Origin: Myxococcota bacterium
GTDB taxonomy: Bacteria > Myxococcota > Kuafuiibacteriia > Kuafuiibacteriales > Kuafuiibacteriaceae
DNA length: 64,000 nt
Direction of reading: 5' to 3'
Assembly (NCBI GenBank): GCA_036337945.1
Contig: JAYZDF010000062.1
Span: 29,998 to 93,997 of the forward strand
The position numbers and the translations under genes are program-made. Under the pieces are notes generated by a model that worked only from the letters and a program-made list of their open reading frames with translations, ran no database searches and was not told where the DNA came from. Positions 49,780 to 59,776 of this stretch are shown piece by piece. Every line of letters begins with the position of its first letter. The stretch's first letter is position 1.

Positions 49780-52017
49780 CTATATTCTTCCGACGCTTTC
49801 GCGCGAGGTATTGCTTCGGTCTTCTTTTGATTTTCTCCGCTGCGCCGTCAAAAGGCTCTCCATCAAGAAAAAACAAAGCATCGCTATAAGTAGCCATTGA
49901 GAGAATCGATTTGGATCGCTGTTATTTCCCGTGTCCCACGTAAATGCAGATGCCTCCGCGATCTCATTTTGTTTTTTGATATCTTGCCCTCGAAGTGCTG
50001 CTATCGCTTCTTGCGCAGTGAGTGTCTCAAGGTTCGACTCTTGTCGATCCACATTCACTACAAAATCTTCTTTCGCGACCCTTTGCGACTCACCGCTTGT
50101 AACCGCTTTGACTTGGTAATATCCGGGCAATGCTGTTTTTGTGAACAACCAGTCTTTGTCTTCGAGTTGCGTAGATACTGAATGAATCTCTCCGTTTGGA
50201 TCAGTAATCTCTAACTCGGACACATTTTTCGGGACCCGGATTCTTCTCGCATCTCCTATCAGAGTGCGGCGGTTATCCGGAGGAGCCAGCGCATCACCGA
50301 GATATAAAACGAGTTGCCGAACGAGTGGGACAAAAGCTGGCCGTATCGCTAGGTCGGTCAAATCGCGATCAATAGAAGTTGTGAGGACGATAACTTTACC
50401 GCCGCCTATTTGACTTTCAATGAGTGCAGGCTGACCGTCTTCAAAAGTAGCCAGAACGTCCGCGGACCTGTTCCGATTAGGCTGCAGAAGAAAATAGCCT
50501 TGAGTTCGAGTTGACTTTAGGCCTTGTAAGGCGTCTCCCCGAAAAACAGACAGTACGGGGTGTGCTAGATTCAGTTCCCCGAGCAAAAGCGAATCATCAT
50601 TTTTTTTCCGCTCTCTCAATGCTTTGCGTTCCTTAAATCCGCGATACGTACGAGGAAGCAAGCGAGCAAAAACGCCGTTGAACTGCTCTATATCCATTGA
50701 TTGCGCTGACGAAATCAGTAGGCCTCCTCCCGACTCCACAAAGGTCTCAATCTTTTTTGCATCGCTAGTAGTAATACTATTTACTCCCGCCAAAACAACG
50801 ACGTCGAATAAATCTAGATTTTGGGCTTGCAGGTCATCTGAGAGGATAATTTTGGGTGCTGGTTGCTCGGATGCTCCTGCCGCAAACGCTCTTTCGAAAT
50901 AATAAATCTCGTCCTCTTTTGGTAGTCCGGACGGCTGACCATCGATAATTAGGGTTCGTACCCGCGACTCAATATTCACCATCGCAAAGCGTTGATTATC
51001 CTCTGTAAGCACATCGTCCTCGAGTACAACAGATACAGCAAACCTCTTTTGGTCCGTGAACGAATGTTCTAAAACCCTCTGGGTTTCATTACCTCCAACA
51101 ATACTCACACTCGCTTCAGCGACGGTACCGTCTGGTCCCACCCAATTAATGTTCTTCGAAGCGCTCGTTCCCTTTGAGCTTTCGTCGGAAACATACGAGC
51201 GAATCCGTACTCGTGCCTGCATAGCATTCACTTCCGAACCGGGAGCCGATAGTATTTCCAATTGCGAAATACCATAGTTATCGAACTCTTCTCTGTCTAT
51301 GCTTTCGAATACGTTAACGACGCTCGCATTTATCTCCGGCGTCAACGATGCTGCCTGCTGAAAACTGTGTGCAGCAAGATCAGATAAGATGATAATATGC
51401 TTAGATGTCTCTGTTGCCTCTTTTTGGCTTTCTTTTTGCGAAACGTCTCCGTCTACCGTGCTCAAGAGTTCCCCGGCTACATTGACTGCGTCAGAGATCT
51501 CGGCCGCCGCATACGTCGCTTCAAGGTTTGTGACCGCTTGAAGAAGAGATGCTTTCGCGTTGCTGAATTCTTCGACAATCAATCTGGGTTTGCGTTCAGC
51601 CAATACAATGAGCATCTGATCTGATGCTGTCATTTGCTCAATGATTTGACGAGCGATCGATTTAGCTTCTGCAAATCCTGAGCGCCCACCATCCGGCTTT
51701 GATCGCATTGATAAAGAGCCGTCTATAATCATAACAATTCTCTTTGGGCCCTTGTTTTTGGCCAAAGCGGAGGACTTGACTCCAGTCATAGGGTGAGCCG
51801 CCGCGAAGACAAGGGCTGCGATGAGCAGCATGCGGCATGCAAGCAACAAAAAACGTCTTAGTCGCCACTGGCGTTCAATCCTCTGAACACTACGAATCAC
51901 AAATTCAATTGCCGCAAATTCATGTTTGCGAGGTTTTCTTTTGTGAATGAGATGAATAATGATCGGAATCAAGGCTGCGAGCAATCCGAAGAGCATACCA
52001 GGTTTCAGAAAACTCAT
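49780..52017 (-). CDS. BatA-like N-terminal double-TM / von Willebrand factor A domain protein
   Basis: N-terminus MSFLKPGMLFGLLAALIPIIIHLIHKRKP (BatA-type motif); MIDAS-containing vWA (MIIDGSLSM). Confidence 0.7.
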   Translation of the reverse strand: MSFLKPGMLFGLLAALIPIIIHLIHKRKPRKHEFAAIEFVIRSVQRIERQWRLRRFLLLACRMLLIAALVFAAAHPMTGVKSSALAKNKGPKRIVMIIDGSLSMRSKPDGGRSGFAEAKSIARQIIEQMTASDQMLIVLAERKPRLIVEEFSNAKASLLQAVTNLEATYAAAEISDAVNVAGELLSTVDGDVSQKESQKEATETSKHIIILSDLAAHSFQQAASLTPEINASVVNVFESIDREEFDNYGISQLEILSAPGSEVNAMQARVRIRSYVSDESSKGTSASKNINWVGPDGTVAEASVSIVGGNETQRVLEHSFTDQKRFAVSVVLEDDVLTEDNQRFAMVNIESRVRTLIIDGQPSGLPKEDEIYYFERAFAAGASEQPAPKIILSDDLQAQNLDLFDVVVLAGVNSITTSDAKKIETFVESGGGLLISSAQSMDIEQFNGVFARLLPRTYRGFKERKALRERKKNDDSLLLGELNLAHPVLSVFRGDALQGLKSTRTQGYFLLQPNRNRSADVLATFEDGQPALIESQIGGGKVIVLTTSIDRDLTDLAIRPAFVPLVRQLVLYLGDALAPPDNRRTLIGDARRIRVPKNVSELEITDPNGEIHSVSTQLEDKDWLFTKTALPGYYQVKAVTSGESQRVAKEDFVVNVDRQESNLETLTAQEAIAALRGQDIKKQNEIAEASAFTWDTGNNSDPNRFSQWLLIAMLCFFLMESLLTAQRRKSKEDRSNTSRESVGRI

Positions 52018-52949
52018 GTGAGACTCCCTCGCCCCGATGCCCTAATCGTTAGGTAGCGACTAAGTAATCGAGTCGGAGACTGGTCAGTCCGCACGAGTTC
52101 ATAGTCGACTCGAGCACTACGCGCGCGAACCTTTACGTCATGAAGAAAAGAGTCCATCTCTTTTAGATATGCAGATTTTATCGCGTGGGCATCGATAGGC
52201 ACGCTGCGATCTCCCTCAAGATCGGTAAATAAAGTGCTGCCTTCAAATGGAAAGTCCAACTCATCAGGATCAAGCAAATGAAATAAGGTTACATCGTGTC
52301 GACGGGCCGCGACTCGCGAGAGAGCTTGAAGTGCTTCCGAATTTGTATCAAGCAAATCTGAAAAAACGATGAGAGACATTCGCTTTGATATTCCCTCTGC
52401 TAGTTGATTGAGAGCACTACCGAACCGAGTTGTTCCTGATGACTGTAGTGCTTCTAGTTTAGAAAAAATTTCTTGAAGTTGACCACGTCGGGCACGTGAA
52501 GGAACTTCTATGTTGAACTCATCTGCGAAGCTTGCCAGCCCCACTGCATCGCCTTGTCGAGCGAGAAGATAGGCGAGAGCACCAGCGCAAGTCATCGCGT
52601 AATCTTGTTTACTAAGCTGTTTTTCTGCACCCTCGCGTCGATACTTCATTGACCCCGAGACATCAACTACAAGCAAAGCACTGAGGTTTGCTTCGTCCTC
52701 AAACTGCTTGATGTAGTCCCGATCATGACGTGCATAGGCTCGCCAGTCCAAATGACGAATATCATCGCCCGGCGAGTATTTCTTATGTTCCGAAAATTCT
52801 ACACTGCTTCCGTGATGTTTAGAGCGATGCATACCATGCAAGACGCTGTCGGCGAGTGTTCGAGCGCGAAAACTCAGAGAGCCTATCTCTGCCAGTACCT
52901 CAACGTTCAACTGGCGCTGCTGGCCATTTGTTTTATTCGTTTCACCCAT
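52014..52949 (-). CDS. DUF58 (vWA-like) protein
   Basis: HHGSSVEFSEHKKYSPGDDIRHLDWRAYAR signature. Confidence 0.8.
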   Translation of the reverse strand: MGETNKTNGQQRQLNVEVLAEIGSLSFRARTLADSVLHGMHRSKHHGSSVEFSEHKKYSPGDDIRHLDWRAYARHDRDYIKQFEDEANLSALLVVDVSGSMKYRREGAEKQLSKQDYAMTCAGALAYLLARQGDAVGLASFADEFNIEVPSRARRGQLQEIFSKLEALQSSGTTRFGSALNQLAEGISKRMSLIVFSDLLDTNSEALQALSRVAARRHDVTLFHLLDPDELDFPFEGSTLFTDLEGDRSVPIDAHAIKSAYLKEMDSFLHDVKVRARSARVDYELVRTDQSPTRLLSRYLTIRASGRGSLT

Positions 52950-53973
52950 TCGGTTTGAAGCCTTGCACGACTTCTCTTACGAGGTCTGAAGACGAGACCC
53001 CTGACGCTTCCGCGTGGAAATTAGTGACTACGCGGTGCGCGAGGACAATAACCGCAATATGGCGAATATCTTCAACACTTGGGGTACTTCGTCCTTGAAG
53101 TGCAGCGCGTGCTTTCGCTCCCAAGACTAAGTACTGAGATGCTCTCGGACCAGCTCCAAAAGAAACAAATTCTCGTATTCTCCCGGCCAGTTCGTCCGAA
53201 AGATGTTCGCTACAAGATGCCGGGCGAGTTGCTCGGGTGAGGCCTACTGCATAATGAACAACATTTTCTGCCACCGGCACTCGCCGCACGAGCTCCTGAT
53301 ATTGAAGTATCTTTTCTGGTGTAAGTACCTTCTCGAGCTGAGGTCGCTCCTCACCAGTTGTCGACCGGACAATCTCGATTTCGTCCTGTTCGCTGGGATA
53401 ACCAACGTCGAGCATGAACATAAATCGATCCATTTGCGCCTCAGGAAGAGGATATGTTCCCTCTTGCTCGATTGGGTTTTGAGTTGCAAACACATGAAAC
53501 GGTTGTCCAATAGAATGTGTCGCCCCCGAAGCAGTCACTTGAAATTCCTGCATCGCCTGCAGAAGTGCTGCCTGCGTTTTCGGGGGGGTGCGATTGATTT
53601 CATCCGCGAGGAGAAGGTTTGTAAAAATAGGTCCTTTGACAAACCGAAAGGATCTACGCCCGTCATCGCCTTGCTCCAATACGTCTGTGCCAGTCACGTC
53701 CGAAGGCATAAGGTCAGGGGTAAACTGGATCCGATTAAAGTCCAAAGCCAAAACTTCAGCCAAGGTTTGGATAAGTAATGTCTTCGCTAGTCCTGGAACG
53801 CCTACAAATAATGCATGGCCCTTAGCCAGCAGAGCTATTAGAAGATTTTCGATGACGTCTTGTTGACCAATCACCCTTTGGCCCAGCGCTTTCTTTGTTA
53901 ATTCTGCGGCCTCACTCAACTCCCGAATGAGACTAACGTCGTTTGGCGTTTCATTTGAATTTTGGTCTGTCAT
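52942..53973 (-). CDS. MoxR-family AAA+ ATPase
   Basis: VIGQQDVIENLLIALLAKGHALFVGVPGLAKT, Walker B LLADEINR, 343 aa. Confidence 0.9.
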   Translation of the reverse strand: MTDQNSNETPNDVSLIRELSEAAELTKKALGQRVIGQQDVIENLLIALLAKGHALFVGVPGLAKTLLIQTLAEVLALDFNRIQFTPDLMPSDVTGTDVLEQGDDGRRSFRFVKGPIFTNLLLADEINRTPPKTQAALLQAMQEFQVTASGATHSIGQPFHVFATQNPIEQEGTYPLPEAQMDRFMFMLDVGYPSEQDEIEIVRSTTGEERPQLEKVLTPEKILQYQELVRRVPVAENVVHYAVGLTRATRPASCSEHLSDELAGRIREFVSFGAGPRASQYLVLGAKARAALQGRSTPSVEDIRHIAVIVLAHRVVTNFHAEASGVSSSDLVREVVQGFKPNG

Positions 53974-53981
53974 CAGTTTCC

Positions 53982-55829
53982 TTATTTTCCTAATCGTACT
54001 TTCGTCACATCTTCTGGTGTTGTGGACGCCTCAATCTCTACTTCATGAAGCGTAGGTTCGCCAACCGGTGGAACGAGTTTAATCGTGGTCGGACCTGGCC
54101 GTAAAGTGATTGGTGCTGAAGGTGTACTCATTCCGGTGGCTAAGTCACGGGCTCCATAGTCTCCCTTCTGGACAATAAAAATGCGAGAGAAGCCCGAAGA
54201 TGAAAACTGAACCCGTGCGCCAGACCCGAGGTCTGGTGCACGTGGCCGGAATGACTGTTGCAAAACACCCAGTGCGATTTGTGCTTGCTCAATTTTTTTA
54301 CGGTTCCCTTCTGGACCTAAAACAGCGAGAAGCAGACTATGGACTCGGGGGTCAAAGGGATTAATATCAATCGCTGTATCAAGAGGCTCCATAGCTTCAT
54401 CACTACGTTCTTGTCGCACAAGAGCCTCTGCGAGAGTGAGGTTGGGTCCTGGCAAATCTGGCACTCCATCGATAGCGCGCTTTGCCGCTTTCTCTGCACC
54501 CGGCAGATCATTCACAGCGAGTGCTATATTGGCAATCTTTGCACTGAGCAGTGGTGATTCAGTAATCGTGTACGCTTTTTCTAACTCTTTCTGAGCTGCC
54601 ACCATTCGCCCGCGAGCGTATAAAAGATCAGCGGCACGGGCGAACCGTCGAGCTTTTTTCGACAGCCCATGGAATTTGTCGTCAGGGGTGTTGCTTCGCT
54701 TTTTGATTACCAGCTCACGGTCTTGCCCTTTTTGTCGGCCTGCTGTGAGAATTTTACGCTTCGGAAGGGCAGCTTTCCATTTCTCTGTAAGCGCTCCAAA
54801 CGGCATCCCGTGAATTTTTTCAATAGCGACTTCCATGGGCACACCTTTCGATAGTGAAGCGAGAAGTTCTCGCATCCCTTTCCAGCCTTTGCGTTCACAG
54901 AGAAACTCGATGAATGTAAACACTTCCGAAAAAGCGAGCGAGGACTCTTCCTGGGTTTCCAGTTTCGCCATTGAAGGATGCATTTTTGCAAATGGAATCA
55001 GAGTTCCCTTCTTGGCCGCCTCTTTGAGTCGCTCTTGTGCTTCTACTGAAAGAGCTAAGCCAGGTTCTGCCCTCCATGCTGTTTCCGTGAATTTTGCGAT
55101 ACCTTCATGCAGCCAAATAGGGACGGAGTTTTTGGAGACACCACTGATCAACAAGTGAACAAGTTCATGGGAAAGAGTGTCGCGCCATCGATAGCCAAAC
55201 ACAATGGCGCGAGGTGTGGTCACCATTAGGCGATTCCATTTGCAAAGCGCAATCGTGCCCGAGTTGGCAATTTCTTCCTCCGTGAGCGTTGAGACCGCTG
55301 CGAGGGTAGCCGCGCTAGGATAGAACTCTACGATAATCCTTGAGCTTGGCTTCCACCCTAACAACTTGCCCACGCTATCCAAAGTCATCTCAAGCGTATC
55401 AATGGCGTAGGGAACAAGCACTGCGTCTTTCCCTGGTTCGTGTCTAACAATAAAGTTTTCGCTTACTGTCTCGACGTACCCTTTGGTTGCAACCTTTGCC
55501 GCTTCTGCGAGAGGAGCGTCAGACAATACGACATCTGGTGCTCCATTTTTCTTTGCCGCCTCGAAATAATGTACGGCGCCCGCATAATCAGACGTTTGTA
55601 ATTTAACTTGGGCCAACAGGGACAGTACGAGAGGGTCGTCGGGGTGCTCGTCGTATAGTTCTTCCGCGATTTCCCGAGCTTTATCGATTTGCCATTCTTG
55701 AATCGATTCGAAACCAGCTTTTAACGCGTCTAGAGATGGTTCTGCCTGCGCATTTTGGCTGCCGCCAAAACCAGTGATGAGTGCCATGGCAAAGACGGAG
55801 ACTAACTTGGCGAACCTTGCTTTGTTCAC
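53982..55829 (-). CDS. secreted TPR protein with HExxH zinc-peptidase-like (peptidase MA-type) motif
   Basis: Signal peptide; SHELVHLL HExxH; TPR-like repeats. Confidence 0.55.
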   Translation of the reverse strand: MNKARFAKLVSVFAMALITGFGGSQNAQAEPSLDALKAGFESIQEWQIDKAREIAEELYDEHPDDPLVLSLLAQVKLQTSDYAGAVHYFEAAKKNGAPDVVLSDAPLAEAAKVATKGYVETVSENFIVRHEPGKDAVLVPYAIDTLEMTLDSVGKLLGWKPSSRIIVEFYPSAATLAAVSTLTEEEIANSGTIALCKWNRLMVTTPRAIVFGYRWRDTLSHELVHLLISGVSKNSVPIWLHEGIAKFTETAWRAEPGLALSVEAQERLKEAAKKGTLIPFAKMHPSMAKLETQEESSLAFSEVFTFIEFLCERKGWKGMRELLASLSKGVPMEVAIEKIHGMPFGALTEKWKAALPKRKILTAGRQKGQDRELVIKKRSNTPDDKFHGLSKKARRFARAADLLYARGRMVAAQKELEKAYTITESPLLSAKIANIALAVNDLPGAEKAAKRAIDGVPDLPGPNLTLAEALVRQERSDEAMEPLDTAIDINPFDPRVHSLLLAVLGPEGNRKKIEQAQIALGVLQQSFRPRAPDLGSGARVQFSSSGFSRIFIVQKGDYGARDLATGMSTPSAPITLRPGPTTIKLVPPVGEPTLHEVEIEASTTPEDVTKVRLGK

Positions 55830-58800
55830 TTCACTATCTCCTCGTAGTACTCTCGAACAGCATCCTTATATTGTTCTACGGTTCCTTGTTTCGCTGCATC
55901 TAAAATTTCTTCTCTGAACTCCGCCGGGGCCTTGTATTGCTCTGGTTTTGGAATAGCTACCTTTTCGTTAGATCGTGGATCTCTTCCTCGAGAACCTTTA
56001 CCTCCTGGTTGCCCCATTCCTTGTTGTCCAAATGGCATCGGCATGCCGCCTCCCTGCCCGGAACCTTGTTGTCCCATTTGATCGAGGGCGTCTCTAAATT
56101 TGCCCAGTGCGTCGAGTGCTTGCTGTTGCTGCCCTCTTGACCCTGTTGCATCTGACTTCCCGAGTTGTTGAGAGGACCGGTTCATGGCTTGCCCTGCTTG
56201 ATCAAGCATTTGTGGCAACCCTTCTCCGACCATCGGTAGTTCTTGTGACAATTCTGAAAGCTGTTGCTTTAGCTGCTGCGCGCGCTGCTCTAGCTGCTGC
56301 TGACTCTTCGCCATTTCCTTCATTTGCTTTTGCTCTTTCTTTGAAAAGAGCTGTTCTTGGTTCGGCATGAGCTTGTTAATGTCGTCCCAGATTTTCTGCA
56401 TTTCTGGTTGAGTCTTTTTGATTTTTTCAATCGCCTCTTTAGCTTCATTGGCTCGCTTTCTTTCTGTTCCAAACCGATTAAGAGCTTCCGCACGATCTTG
56501 AGTGTCTCTTTGAAGTTGCCCTAGGAATTTCATAGCTTGTTCAGCCATTTCTTTTGCCGCGCCAAAGTCCTTTGCTTCAAGTGCCCGTTTAGTGTCATTG
56601 ACTCTTCTTTCGGACTGCTGAAAGAGGTCTCCTTCAGTGACGTGTGCCCCTGGTTTAGCGTCTTTCATATTTTTTTCAATTTTTTGGATCCGCTCGATTT
56701 GTTTCTTTACGAACTCATCTGGATTGCCCAGCCTTTCTTTCATCCGCTCTAGCACTTTCTTCGCTTTTTCTTCCGTTTTTTGGCTCAGCTCACGCTGTTT
56801 TTTTTCGATGTCCTTCAGGTCTTCGTACATCTTCTCTGCCTTTTTTGTTATTTCTGAGTACTCTCTTTCGCCGAGCTCTTCCCGTCCATCTCGCATCTCC
56901 GAAAGCATCTTCTCAGTACCGTTGAGCATTTTTTCTAGCTCGTTCATGGCATCATCAAGATTACCTTCCTGAATCATATTTTCGATTTGGCTCAGGTTGT
57001 CCATTGTGTCTTCGGTTTTCAAAGCGTCTTGGTTCACAAAGTCTTGTGGAATTGATCCACGAACTTTTGAGAGTTCTGCCAAGATTTCACTCATGCGCTT
57101 TTTGATATCTTGGATGGCTCTCATCAACGCTTGCTTTTTCTGTTCAGTTGGCGCGTTTTTGTATTCTTCGAGCGCGTTTCGGAGAGCTTCTTGTTGCTCT
57201 CGTAATGACTTGGTCAGCTCTTCAGCGTCGAGCATGAGCTGGTCGTTCAGTAAGTCAGCAAGATATACGACGTTTTTTTCTAAATTCCGAACCATCGTGT
57301 TTTGCGCCCGTTTATTGAGTCGAAGAGAAGAGGGCGCTCGCTTGCTCGAGGTCCCTGCCTCTCGCTCCGACTTTCTGAGGGCGGTGTCTTGTCGTCTTTG
57401 GTCGCGGTTTAGTTCGCGTCGAGTTTTTTCGAATGCGGTCGCCACCTCTTTACGTCCTAGGGGGTCTTTTTTTATCGCAGCAACTGTCTCAATGAGAAGA
57501 GTATTGGTTTCGGTTGCTTTACCAAGCATTGTTTGAAGAAATTTGAACAAGCCATTTAGGTCGTTGCCTTGCAGGCTTGTGTTTACTTCCGTCTCAAGGT
57601 TGTCACCCAATATGTGAATAAGTGAATCGAGCGCTTTTTGTTGCATCGCTACAACTTCACGGTGATGCTCACGCTCAGAATATATCCGGAGTTCCTGAGT
57701 TCGGCTTGCGCCGAACTTCGGGCCATTAACAGTGTCATTATCTTGTGCTTCGACGGAGTAGGCGATTCTGTCGCCCGGCTTGAGTTCAAGTTTAGACAGA
57801 TCAAAAACGCCTTGGTCTGCGTGTCTTTTCTTGCCAGAACTCGCGGCGCTCAGGAGTTGACGGCCTTCTTGGGCTGTCCCAAGAATACGCCAAACTACGA
57901 AGGTCTCGCCCAGCCCAAAATCATCATTGGCAGAAAAGTCTATATCGACGATATCTTTCGCATTTACTTCCAGAGATTCTTCGGTAGGTTTATGGAGCGT
58001 CACGCGCGGGGGGAGGTCTACCTCTAGTTCGATACGGTGGTCCGTTTTTTCCCGATAGGCCTGTTGGTCTGTACCTAGAGCTTCAAAACGATAGGCTCCG
58101 GCGCGGCTTACGATGAAGCTCGTGCTTACAATTGACCCAGTAGAGTTTTCGGTTACTTTTGCCGCGGTTCTGCTTTCGGTTTTGTCAGCGTCGGTCCCAT
58201 GAATGAGTACTAAGGTTGCGCTTTGGACTTTTTGCCGCGACGTCGTCTTAATCGTTATCTCTGTTCCGGGTAGCGCCCGAATTTTTCCTGACGAAATTCT
58301 TCGACTGTAACTTTTTCTCTTTGCATAAGAAGGCGGGCGATAGGTGATGTGGAATTCGTCGAGTCGTAAGCTGGGTACTGTGGGTGCCAGTCTCTGGAGT
58401 TCACTCAAAGAAGTAAGGGCACGCATACTTGCGTGAAGATCTTTTGGACAAATGACAGCGAGCAAAGAAATTGTAGCCAACGCGCTCATGAGGCTTAGGG
58501 CGAGTCGTTTAACTTTTGGCCAGTTTTCTGAGGCGACAAGCGATTTGGGATCTAAGGATTGCGATGCATTTGCAATGACTTCAACACTGTGTTGGGTGAG
58601 TCCTAAACTCTCTTGATATTTCCCTTCATCCCGAGCGAGCTCAAGTGCAGATTGAATGCTGGAGTATTTTGAGTTGGAGTCATATTTCTGGTCCAGCCAT
58701 CGAGCGTTTTTAATTTCATCTTTTGTCTCTTGATGAACTTGCCAGACGTATTGATAGAAGACCCAGCTTACGAGAGCAATCAGTCCGAGGATTTCGAATA

Positions 58801-58993
58801 TCGCCAAGTTCACAGCCACGACACCTAAGTGATGTAACAGCGTGCCGATAACCAAGACGACGCAGAATCCTAGTCCGAGAACGAGGCTTCCGTTAAAGTG
58901 GGTGGCTCTACGTCGATATCGCCGAACTTGTGCGATGATCTGAGTAAGTTTGTTCGGAAGGTTTGCCTGTGGCATTCGCGATAACGGTAACAT
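55826..58993 (-). CDS. large membrane-anchored protein with Ig-like region and about 500 aa of coiled coil (Bat-operon associated, BatD-like by position)
   Basis: N-terminal TMs, long Glu/Lys/Gln-rich heptad region, Gly/Gln-rich tail; first gene of the operon ending with the vWA protein. Confidence 0.5.
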   Translation of the reverse strand: MLPLSRMPQANLPNKLTQIIAQVRRYRRRATHFNGSLVLGLGFCVVLVIGTLLHHLGVVAVNLAIFEILGLIALVSWVFYQYVWQVHQETKDEIKNARWLDQKYDSNSKYSSIQSALELARDEGKYQESLGLTQHSVEVIANASQSLDPKSLVASENWPKVKRLALSLMSALATISLLAVICPKDLHASMRALTSLSELQRLAPTVPSLRLDEFHITYRPPSYAKRKSYSRRISSGKIRALPGTEITIKTTSRQKVQSATLVLIHGTDADKTESRTAAKVTENSTGSIVSTSFIVSRAGAYRFEALGTDQQAYREKTDHRIELEVDLPPRVTLHKPTEESLEVNAKDIVDIDFSANDDFGLGETFVVWRILGTAQEGRQLLSAASSGKKRHADQGVFDLSKLELKPGDRIAYSVEAQDNDTVNGPKFGASRTQELRIYSEREHHREVVAMQQKALDSLIHILGDNLETEVNTSLQGNDLNGLFKFLQTMLGKATETNTLLIETVAAIKKDPLGRKEVATAFEKTRRELNRDQRRQDTALRKSEREAGTSSKRAPSSLRLNKRAQNTMVRNLEKNVVYLADLLNDQLMLDAEELTKSLREQQEALRNALEEYKNAPTEQKKQALMRAIQDIKKRMSEILAELSKVRGSIPQDFVNQDALKTEDTMDNLSQIENMIQEGNLDDAMNELEKMLNGTEKMLSEMRDGREELGEREYSEITKKAEKMYEDLKDIEKKQRELSQKTEEKAKKVLERMKERLGNPDEFVKKQIERIQKIEKNMKDAKPGAHVTEGDLFQQSERRVNDTKRALEAKDFGAAKEMAEQAMKFLGQLQRDTQDRAEALNRFGTERKRANEAKEAIEKIKKTQPEMQKIWDDINKLMPNQEQLFSKKEQKQMKEMAKSQQQLEQRAQQLKQQLSELSQELPMVGEGLPQMLDQAGQAMNRSSQQLGKSDATGSRGQQQQALDALGKFRDALDQMGQQGSGQGGGMPMPFGQQGMGQPGGKGSRGRDPRSNEKVAIPKPEQYKAPAEFREEILDAAKQGTVEQYKDAVREYYEEIVK

Positions 58994-59034
58994 GGCTTGG
59001 ATTCACCCGAGCAAAGTGTTCATATACCATCTTG

Positions 59035-59050
59035 AGTGAGCGCGCTCACT
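59035..59050. promoter_or_regulatory. 16-bp perfect palindrome AGTGAGCGCGCTCACT in the divergent promoter region
   Basis: Located 29 bp upstream of the ECF sigma start and 42 bp from the start of the 1055-aa protein gene. Confidence 0.35.
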
Positions 59051-59078
59051 TTGAATGAAATTATGCGCGTGATCGTCT

Positions 59079-59768
59079 ATGTTGCGGGAGACCAAAACGA
59101 TGTCTGCAGAGAGTAAAACCATGGACCCAGATGAAAAAATCGAGAAAACCCGACAAAAAGCGCAAGAGAAGACCTGGGTCGAACGTGCGCAGTCCGGTGA
59201 TCAAGAAGCTTTCCGATGCTTGGTAGAACGTTATCAGCGGCGTGTTTATGCCGTCGCTTATGGAATAGTTCGTAATCACGATGATGCTTGGGATATTGCA
59301 CAAGAATCATTCGTGAAAGCCTATAGAAATTTGGGCAGATTCCAAGGAAAATCAGGGTTTTATACCTGGATTTATCGCATTACTTACAACTTATGTATCG
59401 ATTCTATGCGGTCGAAGGGTCGCAGAAGTTTCGTAGAAATAGACTCAAATCGGATGCTCGAAGCGGCTGTAGCCGAAGAGGCACCAAGACAGAGCCATCC
59501 GAGTCGAGTAGCCGATCAAAAAGAGCTAGGGGAAATCATCCAAACTGCTCTCAGTCAGCTTTCTGAAAAGCATCGTGCCATCATCGTTTTAAGAGAAATA
59601 GAAGAGTTGAGTTACGACGAGATCGCTGAAGTACTGAAGGTTTCAAAAGGAACCGTCATGAGTCGTCTTTTTCACGCTCGAAGAAAGCTTCAGGAGCTTC
59701 TCGCTCCCTATGTAGAGGACGGTACCAGTCCAGCTGCTTCCTTTCAGTTGAGCCCTCAAAGGAGCTAA
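59079..59768 (+). CDS. ECF-subfamily RNA polymerase sigma-70 factor
   Basis: Region 2 (YQRRVYAVAYGIVRNHDDAWDIAQESFVKAY) and region 4 (SYDEIAEVLKVSKGTVMSRLFHARRKL). Confidence 0.85.
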   Translation: MLRETKTMSAESKTMDPDEKIEKTRQKAQEKTWVERAQSGDQEAFRCLVERYQRRVYAVAYGIVRNHDDAWDIAQESFVKAYRNLGRFQGKSGFYTWIYRITYNLCIDSMRSKGRRSFVEIDSNRMLEAAVAEEAPRQSHPSRVADQKELGEIIQTALSQLSEKHRAIIVLREIEELSYDEIAEVLKVSKGTVMSRLFHARRKLQELLAPYVEDGTSPAASFQLSPQRS

Positions 59769-59776
59769 ATCTGTCT

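Noticed and set aside
53203-53778. 191-aa plus-strand ORF
   Set aside because: It lies antisense within the well-supported MoxR ATPase gene, and is Cys/Arg-rich junk translation.
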